From an uncultured Lentisphaerales bacterium (GTDB taxonomy: Bacteria > Verrucomicrobiota > Lentisphaeria > JABSQK01 > UBA12247): 64,000 nt of DNA. This document shows, piece by piece, positions 29,906-40,674 of the stretch; position 1 is the first letter of the stretch, and every line of letters starts with the position of its first letter. The stretch covers positions 64,001-128,000 of the forward strand of contig CALSSJ010000021.1 in assembly GCA_943788985.1 (NCBI GenBank), read 5' to 3'. The translations under genes and the position numbers were made by a program. The notes beneath the pieces were generated by a model. That model saw only the letters and a list, made by a program, of their open reading frames with translations. It was not told the DNA's origin and searched no databases.

Positions 29906-31310
29906 TTAGACTTGTTCGACCAAAGCACGGTGCAACGCAACTTGGGCGGACTCGAAGTCGCCCTCTGAGACGACAAACTGCATGTTCACTTGGCGCATGC
30001 ACTGACAGATCGCAATGACATTGATACCGGCGTCGGCCAGCGCGGTGGCCGACGTTGCCAGTAATCCTGGCACTTGCATATTGCTGCCGATCGCACAGAC
30101 CATGGTTACCGGACAGGTCCGCACGGCAGCGCTGGGGAAGGTCGCGTCGAGTTCTTCAAGGCAGGCGTCGAGATTTCGCACGCTGAGCGGCACGTAGTGG
30201 GTGATGGTATTGGCATTGGTGTTCTTGGCCACATAGCTAATGCCGTACTTTGCGAATACCGCAAGCAAGCGATAATCGAAGCCGCTTTGCCCGACCATGT
30301 CTGGATCCACGACCTCAATACCAACCATGGCGCGGCGACCAGTTACCATCTCTACCCGCGGTTGGGGACTGGCGTAGCTGCTGGAGATTACTGTGCCTTC
30401 GTGATCTGGCTCGAACGTGTTCTTGACGCGAATCGAGATGCCCTTCGCCTCCATCGCCTTGCTGGCGCGTGGATGAATGGCCTCCATACCGAGGTCGGCG
30501 AGTTGGTCGGCGACATCGAAGTTTGTCGCGCCAATCACCTGCACGCTGTCTTCGCCGATGAGATTGGGGTCGCCTGTGCTGAGGTGAAATTCCTTGTGAA
30601 TAATCCCTTCCAGAGCATCGGTGAGCACTGCGATCTTGCTGAACGTGATCTCGCTATACCCGCGATCGTAGGTGCCCATGATCCCCTCGGCACACTTTGT
30701 GTACCCAGTCGCGATCGGTAGTTGGGTCGCGAGGTTGAGACCGTCGAAGCCACGGCTGATCACTTCATCAAAGTCCAGGTTTGCCTTTTCCTGCCAGCCG
30801 GTAAGATCGACGAATACCGCGTTAACCCCCTGCTGCTGCAGGATCAGGGCCGCGTTATACGCACTGTGCGCCTCCCCAACTGAGCTGATCATCTCGCGAA
30901 CTGTCGGCAGGTAGTCGGATAATTCGAAATGCCCGAAGGAGCACAGACGCTGCAGGCTGCGCAAGCATTCGGAGACACCGCCCAGCCGTTCGTCGACAAA
31001 GGCATCTGCCTCCGCGCTGTCCAGCCCTAGCGGGGCCATGTCGGCGTTGATCCGCTTCATCGTGCTACGCACGTCTTCCAGCGCGTCACGCCAACTGGTA
31101 TCTGTGCCCGCAAAGCGCCCGTAGATGCCCGGTATTCCGTGTTTTTTTCCCTTCTAGTAGCAGATCGGTAATCCCGCCATATGCCGAGACCACAAAGATG
31201 CGTTGATACAAATCCTCGCCGGATCGGTCCTGGATGATCACGTTCTTCACCACGCGATCAAACTGGGTCATCGACGTGCCGCCGATCTTCTCTACGGTAT
31301 GCTGCGCCAT
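29906..31310 (-). CDS. ask: Aspartate kinase, ectoine-associated type (Ask_Ect); one frameshift near 31140
   Basis: HTVEKIGGTSM, RIFVVSAYGGITDLLLE.KK, then REM.SS.GEAHSA.N, DRGYSE.TFS, IIHKEFHLS, ADQLA.LGMEAIHP, C-terminal ACT-like region; break at a T7 run. Confidence 0.85.
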
Positions 31311-31405
31311 GATTCCCCCTGAAGAGCAAAAAACAGTACGTTACATAATTCCCGGGCGCCTGCAAACTCGGGCTACCCAGCGCGGCACAGAAAATACTTA
31401 GAGGC

Positions 31406-32539
31406 TTACTCCGCTGGCTGCGGCTCGCGTCCTTCCCCATAAGTAATTTCAACCTTGCTGCGCAGCGACGCCAGGTACTCTTCCATCACGCCCTGGCGGG
31501 CTTTTTGCGTCAGCTCGGCGACGAGTTGCTCCCGGGCCCCTTCGAATGAGGGCGCTGCTGCCTCGTTACGCTCGGTGACCTCAATCAAGTGATAGCCGAA
31601 ACTTGTCTCGACGACTTCACCGACCTTGTTCAGCTCCTGAGAAAAGGCAGCCTCTGAGAATTCCGGCACCATACGTTCGCGGGTGAAGGAACCCAGGCTC
31701 CCACCCTCGGCACTGCTGGGACACTCGGAATGTTCGCCTGCGATCTCCGCAAAATCGGAACCAGCTAGAATCTTCGTCCGGAGGTCCTTGATCTCTTTGA
31801 GCTTCGCTTGCTTAGTCGCGGCATCAGCATCCTTCTCGAGCTTGAGCAGGACGTGGCGCGCGCTGGCGCTCTCAGCTTTGGCGAAGCGTGTTTCGTCTTT
31901 TTCATACTCTGCTTTCAAAGCCTCTTCAGTGGGTTCCGGCAGCGATGCAGACTGCATGGCGACCAAGCTTTGGATGATGAGATCTTGGGCGATCTCACCG
32001 CGCAAGGCCTCATCCGTGAGCCCCATCTGCTCGAGAGCGTCTTCCCATTTAATTTCAGCTGGAATCTGCTTGCGCAGTTCGGCAAGTGCCTTCGTCATCT
32101 GCTCTTCTGTGGCTTCCAGTTTCTGGGCCTTCGCTTCCAGGGCCAGGACGGAGGTGGCGATGAAGCGCTCAATGGCCTGCTGCTCGAGTCTGGGCATCAT
32201 CTGTTGCATGAACTGCCCCTGCATCTGCGGCGGGATCTGCTGCAGCTGGCGACCAGCCATCTGCTGAACCATGGCGCGCATCTGCCCGACTGTGAGCTTT
32301 TGGCCGCCGACCTCTACCACCATCGTTTCGGATGAAACAGGCGCCTGTCCGGGGCTCGGTGCACCTGCCGCTGCAGGGCCCCCGGGTACGGCTGGCAAAC
32401 CAGGGAAGCTCTGGTTTCGAACCTGCTCAGTCGCGACCGATGCAGCAGCCTCGGGAGGCGTCGCGGCCTGCTCAGATTTTCCACAGCCGACGATGAACAC
32501 ACAGAGACTCAGGAAGGGAAGAAAAATACGGGAGGTCAT
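31406..32539 (-). CDS. Parvulin-type peptidyl-prolyl isomerase lipoprotein (SurA/PrsA-like)
   Basis: Lipobox FIVGC; ARHVL, FAEIAGEHSECPS...GGSLG.F....MVPEF..AAF, VETSFGYHLI. Confidence 0.92.
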   Translation of the reverse strand: MTSRIFLPFLSLCVFIVGCGKSEQAATPPEAAASVATEQVRNQSFPGLPAVPGGPAAAGAPSPGQAPVSSETMVVEVGGQKLTVGQMRAMVQQMAGRQLQQIPPQMQGQFMQQMMPRLEQQAIERFIATSVLALEAKAQKLEATEEQMTKALAELRKQIPAEIKWEDALEQMGLTDEALRGEIAQDLIIQSLVAMQSASLPEPTEEALKAEYEKDETRFAKAESASARHVLLKLEKDADAATKQAKLKEIKDLRTKILAGSDFAEIAGEHSECPSSAEGGSLGSFTRERMVPEFSEAAFSQELNKVGEVVETSFGYHLIEVTERNEAAAPSFEGAREQLVAELTQKARQGVMEEYLASLRSKVEITYGEGREPQPAE

Positions 32540-32656
32540 AAAAACTCCGAGTGAGGTCAGAATAGCCAAGGGAAACTCAGAGAGAGATACCTCTTGGGAA
32601 CGAGAACTTTAGCCGCTGTGCCTGACGTGGCCAGCGACAAACTGGGATTTGGCGCG

Positions 32657-33529
32657 CTACGGGACATCGCCGGGAGCAATTTCGTAGGTCTTGGCACAGA
32701 AATGGCAACGCACACGGACCGCCTCGCCGCTGCTGCGAATCTCATCTCGCTCCGCGACGGGCAATGTCTGAAGCATGGCCACGGACGAATCATGACTGCA
32801 GCCACAGCGATAAACTGGCGCGGGCCCCGGGTAGAGCTGGCAACTGCAGTCCAAGTCATGGGTAAGAGCATTGAGCACCTCACTGGCAAAGTCTTCATCC
32901 CGCTCACCGGCTTCCAGAATGCTCCGGACCTCGGGCGCGAGCAGCCGCTTCCTCAGATCATCAAACTGCTCAAGGTCGCAGTCTGGCATTGCTTGAAGCA
33001 TAATTCCATAACATTGCCGTACGGGCCGAGCGGGATCAGGGGCGAACTGCACCAACACTGCGAGCGCGGTCTCGAGCTGGTCACTGACCGCAAAGTGATG
33101 GGCCAAATCCTCGACCACATCGTGGAGTACTGCCTCGCTGGTGCCGCTGGCCAGCACACGGCCCGTCGGCTGATCGGATTTTGTCACAGCCACGGTGCCC
33201 GCCTCACCGAACAGCTTGTCCAACGATTCCACGCCCTCGCCGATAGACGCCGGGTTAATCAGAGCCCGCAGGTCACAGTCGGCACCAATATCTGCCATGA
33301 TCGAGTTAAGCACACCAGGATACTCCCAGCGAATCGTAAACCGCTCCGTATCATTCAGCAGCGGCGATAGCAAGGCGGCGGCACCAATCGCCCGGCAAAT
33401 CAGATGTGCGGCGACCGGTTCAAGGTTGTGCGCGACCACGGCCTCATTGCAGGCGGCGGTGCATGACACGACACTGAAGCGCGTCTCAAGCTCGGGCAGT
33501 GTGCCCCGGCATAGGAAATCCAGATACAT
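32657..33529 (-). CDS. hslO: Hsp33 redox-regulated chaperone
   Basis: H.L.PVA, SDQL, GIMLQAMP, C-terminal YRCGCS...VRCHFC.K.Y zinc motif. Confidence 0.88.
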   Translation of the reverse strand: MYLDFLCRGTLPELETRFSVVSCTAACNEAVVAHNLEPVAAHLICRAIGAAALLSPLLNDTERFTIRWEYPGVLNSIMADIGADCDLRALINPASIGEGVESLDKLFGEAGTVAVTKSDQPTGRVLASGTSEAVLHDVVEDLAHHFAVSDQLETALAVLVQFAPDPARPVRQCYGIMLQAMPDCDLEQFDDLRKRLLAPEVRSILEAGERDEDFASEVLNALTHDLDCSCQLYPGPAPVYRCGCSHDSSVAMLQTLPVAERDEIRSSGEAVRVRCHFCAKTYEIAPGDVP

Positions 33530-33542
33530 GGCTAAACCTGAA

Positions 33543-34493
33543 TCATTCTGTAGGAGTGCAAGCGCCGATAAATTGACGCAACTGTGAGAGATACTCTTTC
33601 CCGCCGCAGAGAACCGTTTCGTTGTGTCGGCAATCTGGCAGGGGGTAGAACGTCTTGGGTTGCGCTGCCGCGTCAAACAGTGCCTCGCCGAATTCATAGG
33701 GAATGATCTCGTCGCCCGGGCTATGAAGAATCAGCTTCGGCATGCTCAAGTGCTGGATACGCCGCAGCGTATTCATCTTCGTGCGGATCATGAACTTTGG
33801 GACGAATGGGTAGGCCCGCCCTGCCATCTCCGGCACGGACGTAAAGGTAGACTCCAGAATCAATCCTGCCGGCTTGCAAACCTCAGCCTGCGCCGCCGCC
33901 ACAGCGCCCCCCAGCGAGACCCCGAAGATCACGAGCTGACCTTCTGGGATCTCCCGCTCGTCGACCAGATAATTCCAGGCCGCGTTGGCGTCTTGGTAGG
34001 CACCAGCCTCCGACGGCTTCCCTTCACTGCGGCCGAATCCTCGGTAATCGAAAATAAGCACTGACACTGGAAATTGCACCATCAGCGAGAGCCGCTCCAC
34101 ACGATCTGAGAGGTTGCCTGCGTTGCCATGGCACAAGAGTACTGTCGCGGTTGTCTCTACCGGTTCACGTTGCGGACCTCGCACCGGGGTAACGAACCAA
34201 GCGTGAATCCGGGTCCCGTCTGCAGCCGTTAGCCAGACATCCTCAATCTGAGGTGTGATCGAGTCGTCGCCCAGATCAGGAAACGTGGGCTCCCAGTACC
34301 CTTCCGGGTATTTAACCGGATGAAAAATCAGCGATTCTTCCTTCCACATCAGAAACAAGCCCCCGACAACAATTGTGAGCAGAACCGTGCGCAGCACACG
34401 TACGAAAACCTGTGGGGGCTTGCGAGGAGGCTTTGGCTCTTCTAGCTTAGCGGATAAGGCCAAAGCCACCAATCCCGAGAACGAGAGCAGCAA
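33543..34493 (-). CDS. Alpha/beta hydrolase (Bem46/ABHD13-like); start uncertain
   Basis: CHGNAGN, DYRGFGRSEG.PSE.G, GVSLGG nucleophile, LESTFTS, D..IP, H.E. Confidence 0.9.
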   Translation of the reverse strand: MLLSFSGLVALALSAKLEEPKPPRKPPQVFVRVLRTVLLTIVVGGLFLMWKEESLIFHPVKYPEGYWEPTFPDLGDDSITPQIEDVWLTAADGTRIHAWFVTPVRGPQREPVETTATVLLCHGNAGNLSDRVERLSLMVQFPVSVLIFDYRGFGRSEGKPSEAGAYQDANAAWNYLVDEREIPEGQLVIFGVSLGGAVAAAQAEVCKPAGLILESTFTSVPEMAGRAYPFVPKFMIRTKMNTLRRIQHLSMPKLILHSPGDEIIPYEFGEALFDAAAQPKTFYPLPDCRHNETVLCGGKEYLSQLRQFIGACTPTE

Positions 34494-34646
34494 CGCAGTA
34501 GACTACCCAGCGCCATGAGCGGGCTTCGGGCCGGGGCGCAGCCGTCCTGGGTTGAAAGCGAGAACGCCCCAGGAGCTCTCGCATCTCGTGGGATTTGTCC
34601 TGCTTTTTCACAGGCACTCGCAGTAGGGTCTCATGAATGATTCAGG

Positions 34647-35186
34647 CTAAAAGTCGATACCGGGAACTTCCGGCACCTTCCTACGCCGGCGTGACCGTTC
34701 GCGCTCAAAGTTTCCAGCGCCATACCAAAGGCCTGCGAAAAAGCCGATGACAGCCCCGATAAAACCCAGCACCCCGCCAATCACGCTGACCCCGTTGGCA
34801 TTCATATCCGCAATCACCGGCCCGTAATGCCCGACAAGAAAGGCCAGCGAGCCAAGTGTGCCTGCGCCAATAAACGCGCCAATCAAGGCTGAAAACTCGT
34901 CGCTGCCGACTAGGATCCGAAAGCCGTAGGGAGGAGGCCGATGACGCTCGCGAGATTTTGCCAAGACCGCACAGATCCGGATGAACCCGATCAGTGCGCC
35001 AATGAGAAAGCCAATGGCGTAGAAGGTGGCCGGGTGCAGCAGCTTACCTAGGAAACCCGGACGGTCAGAGGTAATTCCCACCAGCGCCAGATTTAGCAGT
35101 GCAGCAGGCATCATCAGCGCGCCCCCAACGGTCAAGCCCGTGAGAATGCACATACCAATACGATTTAACAGCTGAAGGGGATTCAT
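34647..35186 (-). CDS. Hypothetical Gly-rich membrane protein
   Basis: Four hydrophobic segments with GxxxG repeats. Confidence 0.65.
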   Translation of the reverse strand: MNPLQLLNRIGMCILTGLTVGGALMMPAALLNLALVGITSDRPGFLGKLLHPATFYAIGFLIGALIGFIRICAVLAKSRERHRPPPYGFRILVGSDEFSALIGAFIGAGTLGSLAFLVGHYGPVIADMNANGVSVIGGVLGFIGAVIGFFAGLWYGAGNFERERSRRRRKVPEVPGIDF

Positions 35187-35330
35187 TTGCGCTCACACTC
35201 GAAAAACAATTAAAGGTAAGGTCCTGCGCTGTATCGTCCACTGCAGGTTCAGACAGCGAATTGATCCATTGGCTTGAATCGTTGTTCGGCAGGAATACAG
35301 GTGGTGTCCCTGAACGTTTGGAGTTTTGAG

Positions 35331-37629
35331 ATGATCTCGCGCTATTTGAAGTGGTTACAGAAGGATACGCCAACGGGCGGCGTCGAGCCATACCCGGAAG
35401 CGAACGAACGCTATGAGACCTCTCAGGCAGGCGTCTACATCGCTGGCGATCTTACCGGCATTCCCCTGCTGAAGCTTGCAGCCGAGTCTGGGACACGTCT
35501 GGTCCGACAATTTGTCAGCGACGGGGCCTTTGCCGCGGGACGAGACGAGGCGGTCTTGGACGTCGCGATCGTGGGGGCCGGTCCCGCCGGCGTAGCCGCC
35601 GGCCTAGAATGCCAAGCCCAAGGGCTGCGCTATGAGATTCTGGAAGCATCAGACAAGCTTTTCTCTACTATCGCGAACTTTCCCAAGGGAAAGCCGATCC
35701 TGGCCAAGCCGGATGAGTTCCAGCAGGAATCCGCGCTGCTGATCCGTAACGGGGACAAGGAGTCGCTCCTCACCGAAATGTACGGGCAGGTACAGGACCA
35801 GCACCTGGCCGTCAGCCTCGGCACCATGGTGAAGCGTATCTCCCGCAAAGGCCAATTGCTACGAATCGACTGCAGCAATGGCGAGCGTAAGGCCAGACGC
35901 GTGGTCCTCGCAATCGGCAAGACTGGAAATGCCCGCAACCTCGGCATCCCAGGCGAGGATCTGCCTAAGGTCTACAACAAGCTCTACGATCCAAGCGAAT
36001 TTCGCGGCCAGCAAGTCCTAGTCGTAGGCGGCGGCGACTCCGCCCTGGAGGCAGCGATTGCCCTAGCCAAATCTGGCAATACGGTCACGCTTTCCTACCG
36101 CAAGCCTGCCTTTGATCGGCCTAAGCCGGAGAATCAGAAAGCTCTTAGTGAGCTGGGCATCACAGTCGTCTTTCAAAGCACGGTCCAAGAGATTCGCGCG
36201 AGCGAGGTCCTGCTTTCCACTGCCAGTGCCCCACAGACCATCGCCAACGACCAAGTCTTCATCCTGATTGGTCGCGAACTCCCCCTCGCCTTCTTTCGCC
36301 GCAGCGGAATCCGCATGGAGGGCGAGAAAGATCGGTCTTATTTCGTGTTTTACGCGGCCATGCTAAGCTTCTTCACCATGCTCTACTTCGGCAAGTCTGG
36401 TGCCTCTATCGACCTTGCCGCAGGCATGCAGCAAGCGACTGAAAAGCTGAAACAGGCCAGCTGGCACGAACAGCTCGGTTTCGTCCTCGGTCTGGTCGGC
36501 GCTGCGGTGTTCGCAATTAGTGGGCTCTGGGCGCTGGGCATCATGGTAAATCGACGCCAGAGCTACTTCAAACCTGGGTGGCCCGCTCATCAAATACGGG
36601 TACATGATTGCCGTCTCGCTGATCTATTCCTGGGTTTACATCACCTATAATCTCGGCCGCAATGGCTGGCAGGAAGGGCCGACCTATTCTTACTCGCTAC
36701 TCTATTGCACCACCATGCTGCTGTTCGGCATCCGCCGCGTGATCGTGAATCCCACCCGCTACATCAAACTTCAGACAACCTGCCTGGTCTTGGTCCAGGT
36801 CTTTTTTCTCTTTCTTCTGCCGTTTCACCTCTACGGGCACCTGGAATCGGCGCTCGGGGCAGACAGCGTCTTCATTCAGCAAGTGTTCCCCCAAGGAAAA
36901 TGGTCTGCATTCGGCCTAATCCTGTTCTGGCCGTTGCTCATCGGCAACTTCGGCACCAGCACCTTCTGGACGATCTTCCCTTTCTTTCAGAGCGGGCTAT
37001 TCCTATTCCTCATCATTCGCTACTGGGGCAAGGGCATCTACTGCGGCTGGATCTGCAGCTGCGGCGGCATGGCCGAAACCCTCGGTGATGAGTACCGCAC
37101 CAAGGCACCGCATGGAAAAACCGCGAAGAAGCTGGAAAACATAGGCCAGTTCATCCTGCTGTTTGCGGTGATCGCAACGGTGCTTAAGGTGACCAGCAAC
37201 AGCACCGCCTCCCAGCTCGTTTGGTACAGCTACAAGGTAAGCGTAGACGTATTCTTTGCCGGTGTCCTCGGGCTGGGCGTGTACTTCTTCATGGGCGGAC
37301 GCGTCTGGTGTCGCTTCGGCTGCCCACTCGCCGCCCTCATGCACATTTACACACGGTTCTCTAAGTACCGCATTCTGGCAGAGAAGAAGAAATGCATCTC
37401 CTGTAATATCTGCACCAAAGTCTGCCACATGGGCATCGACGTGATGAACTACGCCAACAAAGGCGTGCCGATGAACGACGCAGAATGCGTACGCTGCTCG
37501 GCCTGTGTCGTCAGTTGCCCGGTCGATGTCCTCTCGTTTGGCCCGGTGGACCAGGCCGACCCCGATAACACCGAGTGCAAGGAAGTCCCCGACTACGGCA
37601 AGGAATCCTGGCGAGCTGGCTTAAAGTGA
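35331..37629 (+). CDS. FAD/NAD(P)H oxidoreductase (TrxR/YpdA-like) fused to a membrane NapH-like 4Fe-4S domain; one frameshift near 36583
   Basis: GVYIAGD, IVGAGPAG, VVGGGDSA.E.A; TMs; CGWICSCG, WCRFGCP, CISCNICTKVC, CVRCSACVVSCP; removing one C in GGCCCG joins ...WPLIKYGYMIAV. Confidence 0.8.
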
Positions 37630-37668
37630 CTCCCCCACACAGCCACTGACTCTTCCGTACCCGTTCCC

Positions 37669-39819
37669 ATGCGTAGACTTTACCTTGTCGCATTTTTTCT
37701 GCTGTCCACGCTACTGCAGGCGCAGGATCCTGCGCCAGAAACGGGCAGCGGCCCTGCCCTGCCCGTACTACAGGAGAAACTCCAACGCGAGATTGCCGCA
37801 ATAGACAAGCGGCTCGTCGAGCCAGACCTTGCGGAGTCCGCGATTCGCGAACTCCGCAGCACCCGCGCCAGCCTTGAGCGCCTGGCTCTGATCTATGAAC
37901 GGCATGCCGTAGCCGAACAACTCGCCGGCGACTTAGCCGTGACCATCGAAACGGCAAAAACGCGGTTGGACCAGCTCCAAAATCATGGTCTCAACGAGCC
38001 ACCGCCCTACGAGTTCATGAAGCTCGAGCAGGTACGCGACTCACTCAAAATCGAGCGTACCAAGTGGGACGCGCTCGCTAGCACCAGTCAGGTTACCACG
38101 GACAGCCTCGCGGCCGCAAAGGCAGAAGCGGATGCCGCCGAATCTACCATGTTCAAGGCACGAGAGAAACTCGCCGCGAATCCCGGAGCCCCGGCTGGCA
38201 AGTCACTGCGCGGGCTTGCGCAGGACGCACGCCTGAAGAACGCGATTGCTGCTGGCCTCGTGGCCGAAGCACGAGCCGAAGGGCTGGCGCGAGAAAACCA
38301 GCGATTGCAGCTGGTGATTCTCGAGCAGACCGTCCACGTCATGGAGCCGCACTGTCGCTTTGCCCGCAAAGACCTGGACCTGATTTTAGTGAGCGTAGAG
38401 CATGAGGACGCCCAGCTGCGCACCGAATTGCACCAAATCAGGAGTGAGCTGGAACACGCAGACCGCCAATGGATCCGAGCGCGGGAAGCCGCAGACCCAC
38501 AGGCCGCAGGACGACGACATCAGCACCGTCTATTGGCGCCTCGCTCGCCAAACCCACCAACAGGCGAGCGGCTGCCTTACCGCCAGGCTCGAGCGCCTGG
38601 TCGTGGTCCGAGAACTATGGCAGCGGCGTTATACCACCCTTCGCGGGCTCAAGAATCACGAACAGGCCGCCGAGTGGACCACAGCCGTGCGGGCGCAACT
38701 GGAACGCTGGGAGCGCGACCGCGCCTTGCGTCAGGCGCGAATCGCAGAGGCACAGGCAGCGCTAAATCAGCTGGCCGATAAGCCAGCTCTCCGCAACCAG
38801 AGCCGGCTCTGGCGCCAATGGTCCGAGCTACAGCAACAGGGACATGCAATCGCTCGCCAGCCAGATCCGTCTGGCCGAAAAACTCAAGGCCGAGCTCAAC
38901 GCCCGGGGCGATAGCAAAATCATGCGCGTTCTCGCGAAAAGCTGGTCGATCGTCGGCAAAGGCTGGAACCTCGAGCTGACCAAGATCGACAATAAGCCGA
39001 TCACCGTCAGTAAGGTCGTGATGGGCATCGTCCTGCTCGTCCTTGGGGTAATCGCCGCTAGAATCACTAGCCGCCAGGCCTCGAAGCGCCTGCTCAAGCG
39101 ACTCGCTATCAACGCCAGCGCGGCCCCCACGCCATTCAGACCGTCATCTTCTATGTCCTGCTCGCCACTTTCACATTGCTGGCTCTGCAGATGGTAAACG
39201 TCGCCGCTCACCGCCTTCACCATCCTCGGTGGTGCGCTCGCCATCGGTCTTGGTTTTGGCAGCCAGAACATCATGAATAACTTCATCAGCGGTCTAATTT
39301 TGCTCATCGAGCGTCCGATCAAGATCGGCGATCTAGTGGAGGTAGACCGATCTCAACGGCATTGTCGCCGGAATCGGCGCGCGCAGCACGCTCGTGCGGT
39401 CTGGAAACAACATCGACGTCGTCGTCCCCAACAGCCACTTCCTCGAGAACAGTGTCGTCAACTGGACCCGCACCAACCGCAAAGTTCGTGTTTGCGTAAA
39501 CGTAGGCGTGGCCTACGGGTCGCCCGTCGAGCAAGTACGGGAATTGCTACTGAAATCTCTGGACAATCAAAAGCGCGTGCTCTCTCGCGAACCAGCCACC
39601 GTCTTATTTACCGATTTCGGCGACAACGCCCTCGCCTTTCGCCTGCTATTCTGGGTCAATGTTCGCACTCAGCTGGACCAGTGGCAGGCAGAGAGCGACA
39701 TCCGTTTCGCCATCGACAGGCTCTTCGCCGAAGCAGACGTTGTCATCGCCTTTCCGCAGCAAGATGTGCACCTGGACGTGTCCGCCGCCATTCCTGTCCA
39801 CATCACCAACGAGTCATAG
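37669..39819 (+). CDS. MscK/MscS-family mechanosensitive channel with a long periplasmic coiled coil; about 5 frameshifts
   Basis: Signal peptide; [70 protein letters not shown] spread across frames. Confidence 0.85.
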
Positions 39820-39920
39820 AGCATGCCTGCGCCGGGCTGGACAATGCCGATGCAGCGTGGATAGTACCTCTTTTGCCGCACAAGAAGCGGCACACGACAC
39901 ACTCACGGAGGAATTGTCTG

Positions 39921-40529
39921 ATGGCATTCACAGTCGCTGATCTACCGTACGCCCATGACGCTCTGGAGCCGCACATCGATGCGCGCACCATGGAGATTCA
40001 TCACGGCAAACACCACGCCGGCTATGCCGCAAAACTCAACGCAGCAGTCGAAGGCACCGAGCACGCCAACTCGTCCGCAGCAGACCTCGTTGCTAACATC
40101 AACTCGCTGCCCGCAGGCATTCAGGGTGCAGTGCGCAACAACGGTGGCGGATACGTCAACCACACCTTGTTCTGGACTGTCATAAGTCCCAACGGAGGCG
40201 GCTCCCCCGACGGCGATTTGGCAGCAGCAATCACCGCAGAACTGGGCGGCCTGGACGCCTTCAAGACCGCGTTTAGCAACGCTGCAGCTACCCAATTCGG
40301 CAGTGGCTGGGCCTGGCTCGTCGTCAAAGCTGACGGCTCTCTCGCCGTCTACAGCACCGCAAACCAAGACAGCCCCCTGATGAATGGCGACACCCCGATC
40401 CTCGGGCTCGATGTCTGGGAGCATGCTTACTACCTGAACTACCAGAATCGGCGACCTGACTACATCTCCGCTTTCTGGAGTGTGGTGAACTGGTCGCAGG
40501 TTGCTGCGAACTACGCAGCCGCCAAGTAA
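39921..40529 (+). CDS. sodA: Superoxide dismutase, Mn-type
   Basis: [55 protein letters not shown]. Confidence 0.93.
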   Translation: MAFTVADLPYAHDALEPHIDARTMEIHHGKHHAGYAAKLNAAVEGTEHANSSAADLVANINSLPAGIQGAVRNNGGGYVNHTLFWTVISPNGGGSPDGDLAAAITAELGGLDAFKTAFSNAAATQFGSGWAWLVVKADGSLAVYSTANQDSPLMNGDTPILGLDVWEHAYYLNYQNRRPDYISAFWSVVNWSQVAANYAAAK

Positions 40530-40556
40530 GCCTCTCGTCGCACTTGCGACAGACCG

Positions 40557-40612
40557 ACAGCGCATCTGTGCGGAGTTCGCAAGGCTCTGTCAGATGCGCT
40601 GTTTGCATTTTT
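40557..40612 (+). terminator. Hairpin/terminator after sod
   Basis: ACAGCGCATCTG...CAGATGCGCTGT 12-bp stem followed by TTGCATTTTT. Confidence 0.55.
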
Positions 40613-40674
40613 AGGCATCTGCAGGAACAGTATTTCCCGTTCCCTAGGTAAGCTCTGAGCCTAAACGGTCCCCT

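Noticed and set aside
31130..31155. Programmed frameshift in ask
   Set aside because: No precedent known to me for this family; a homopolymer error is simpler given the other indels
39273..39920. Apparent MscS-SOD fusion (418-aa ORF)
   Set aside because: Artefact of an mscS frameshift; sod has its own RBS and ATG at 39921
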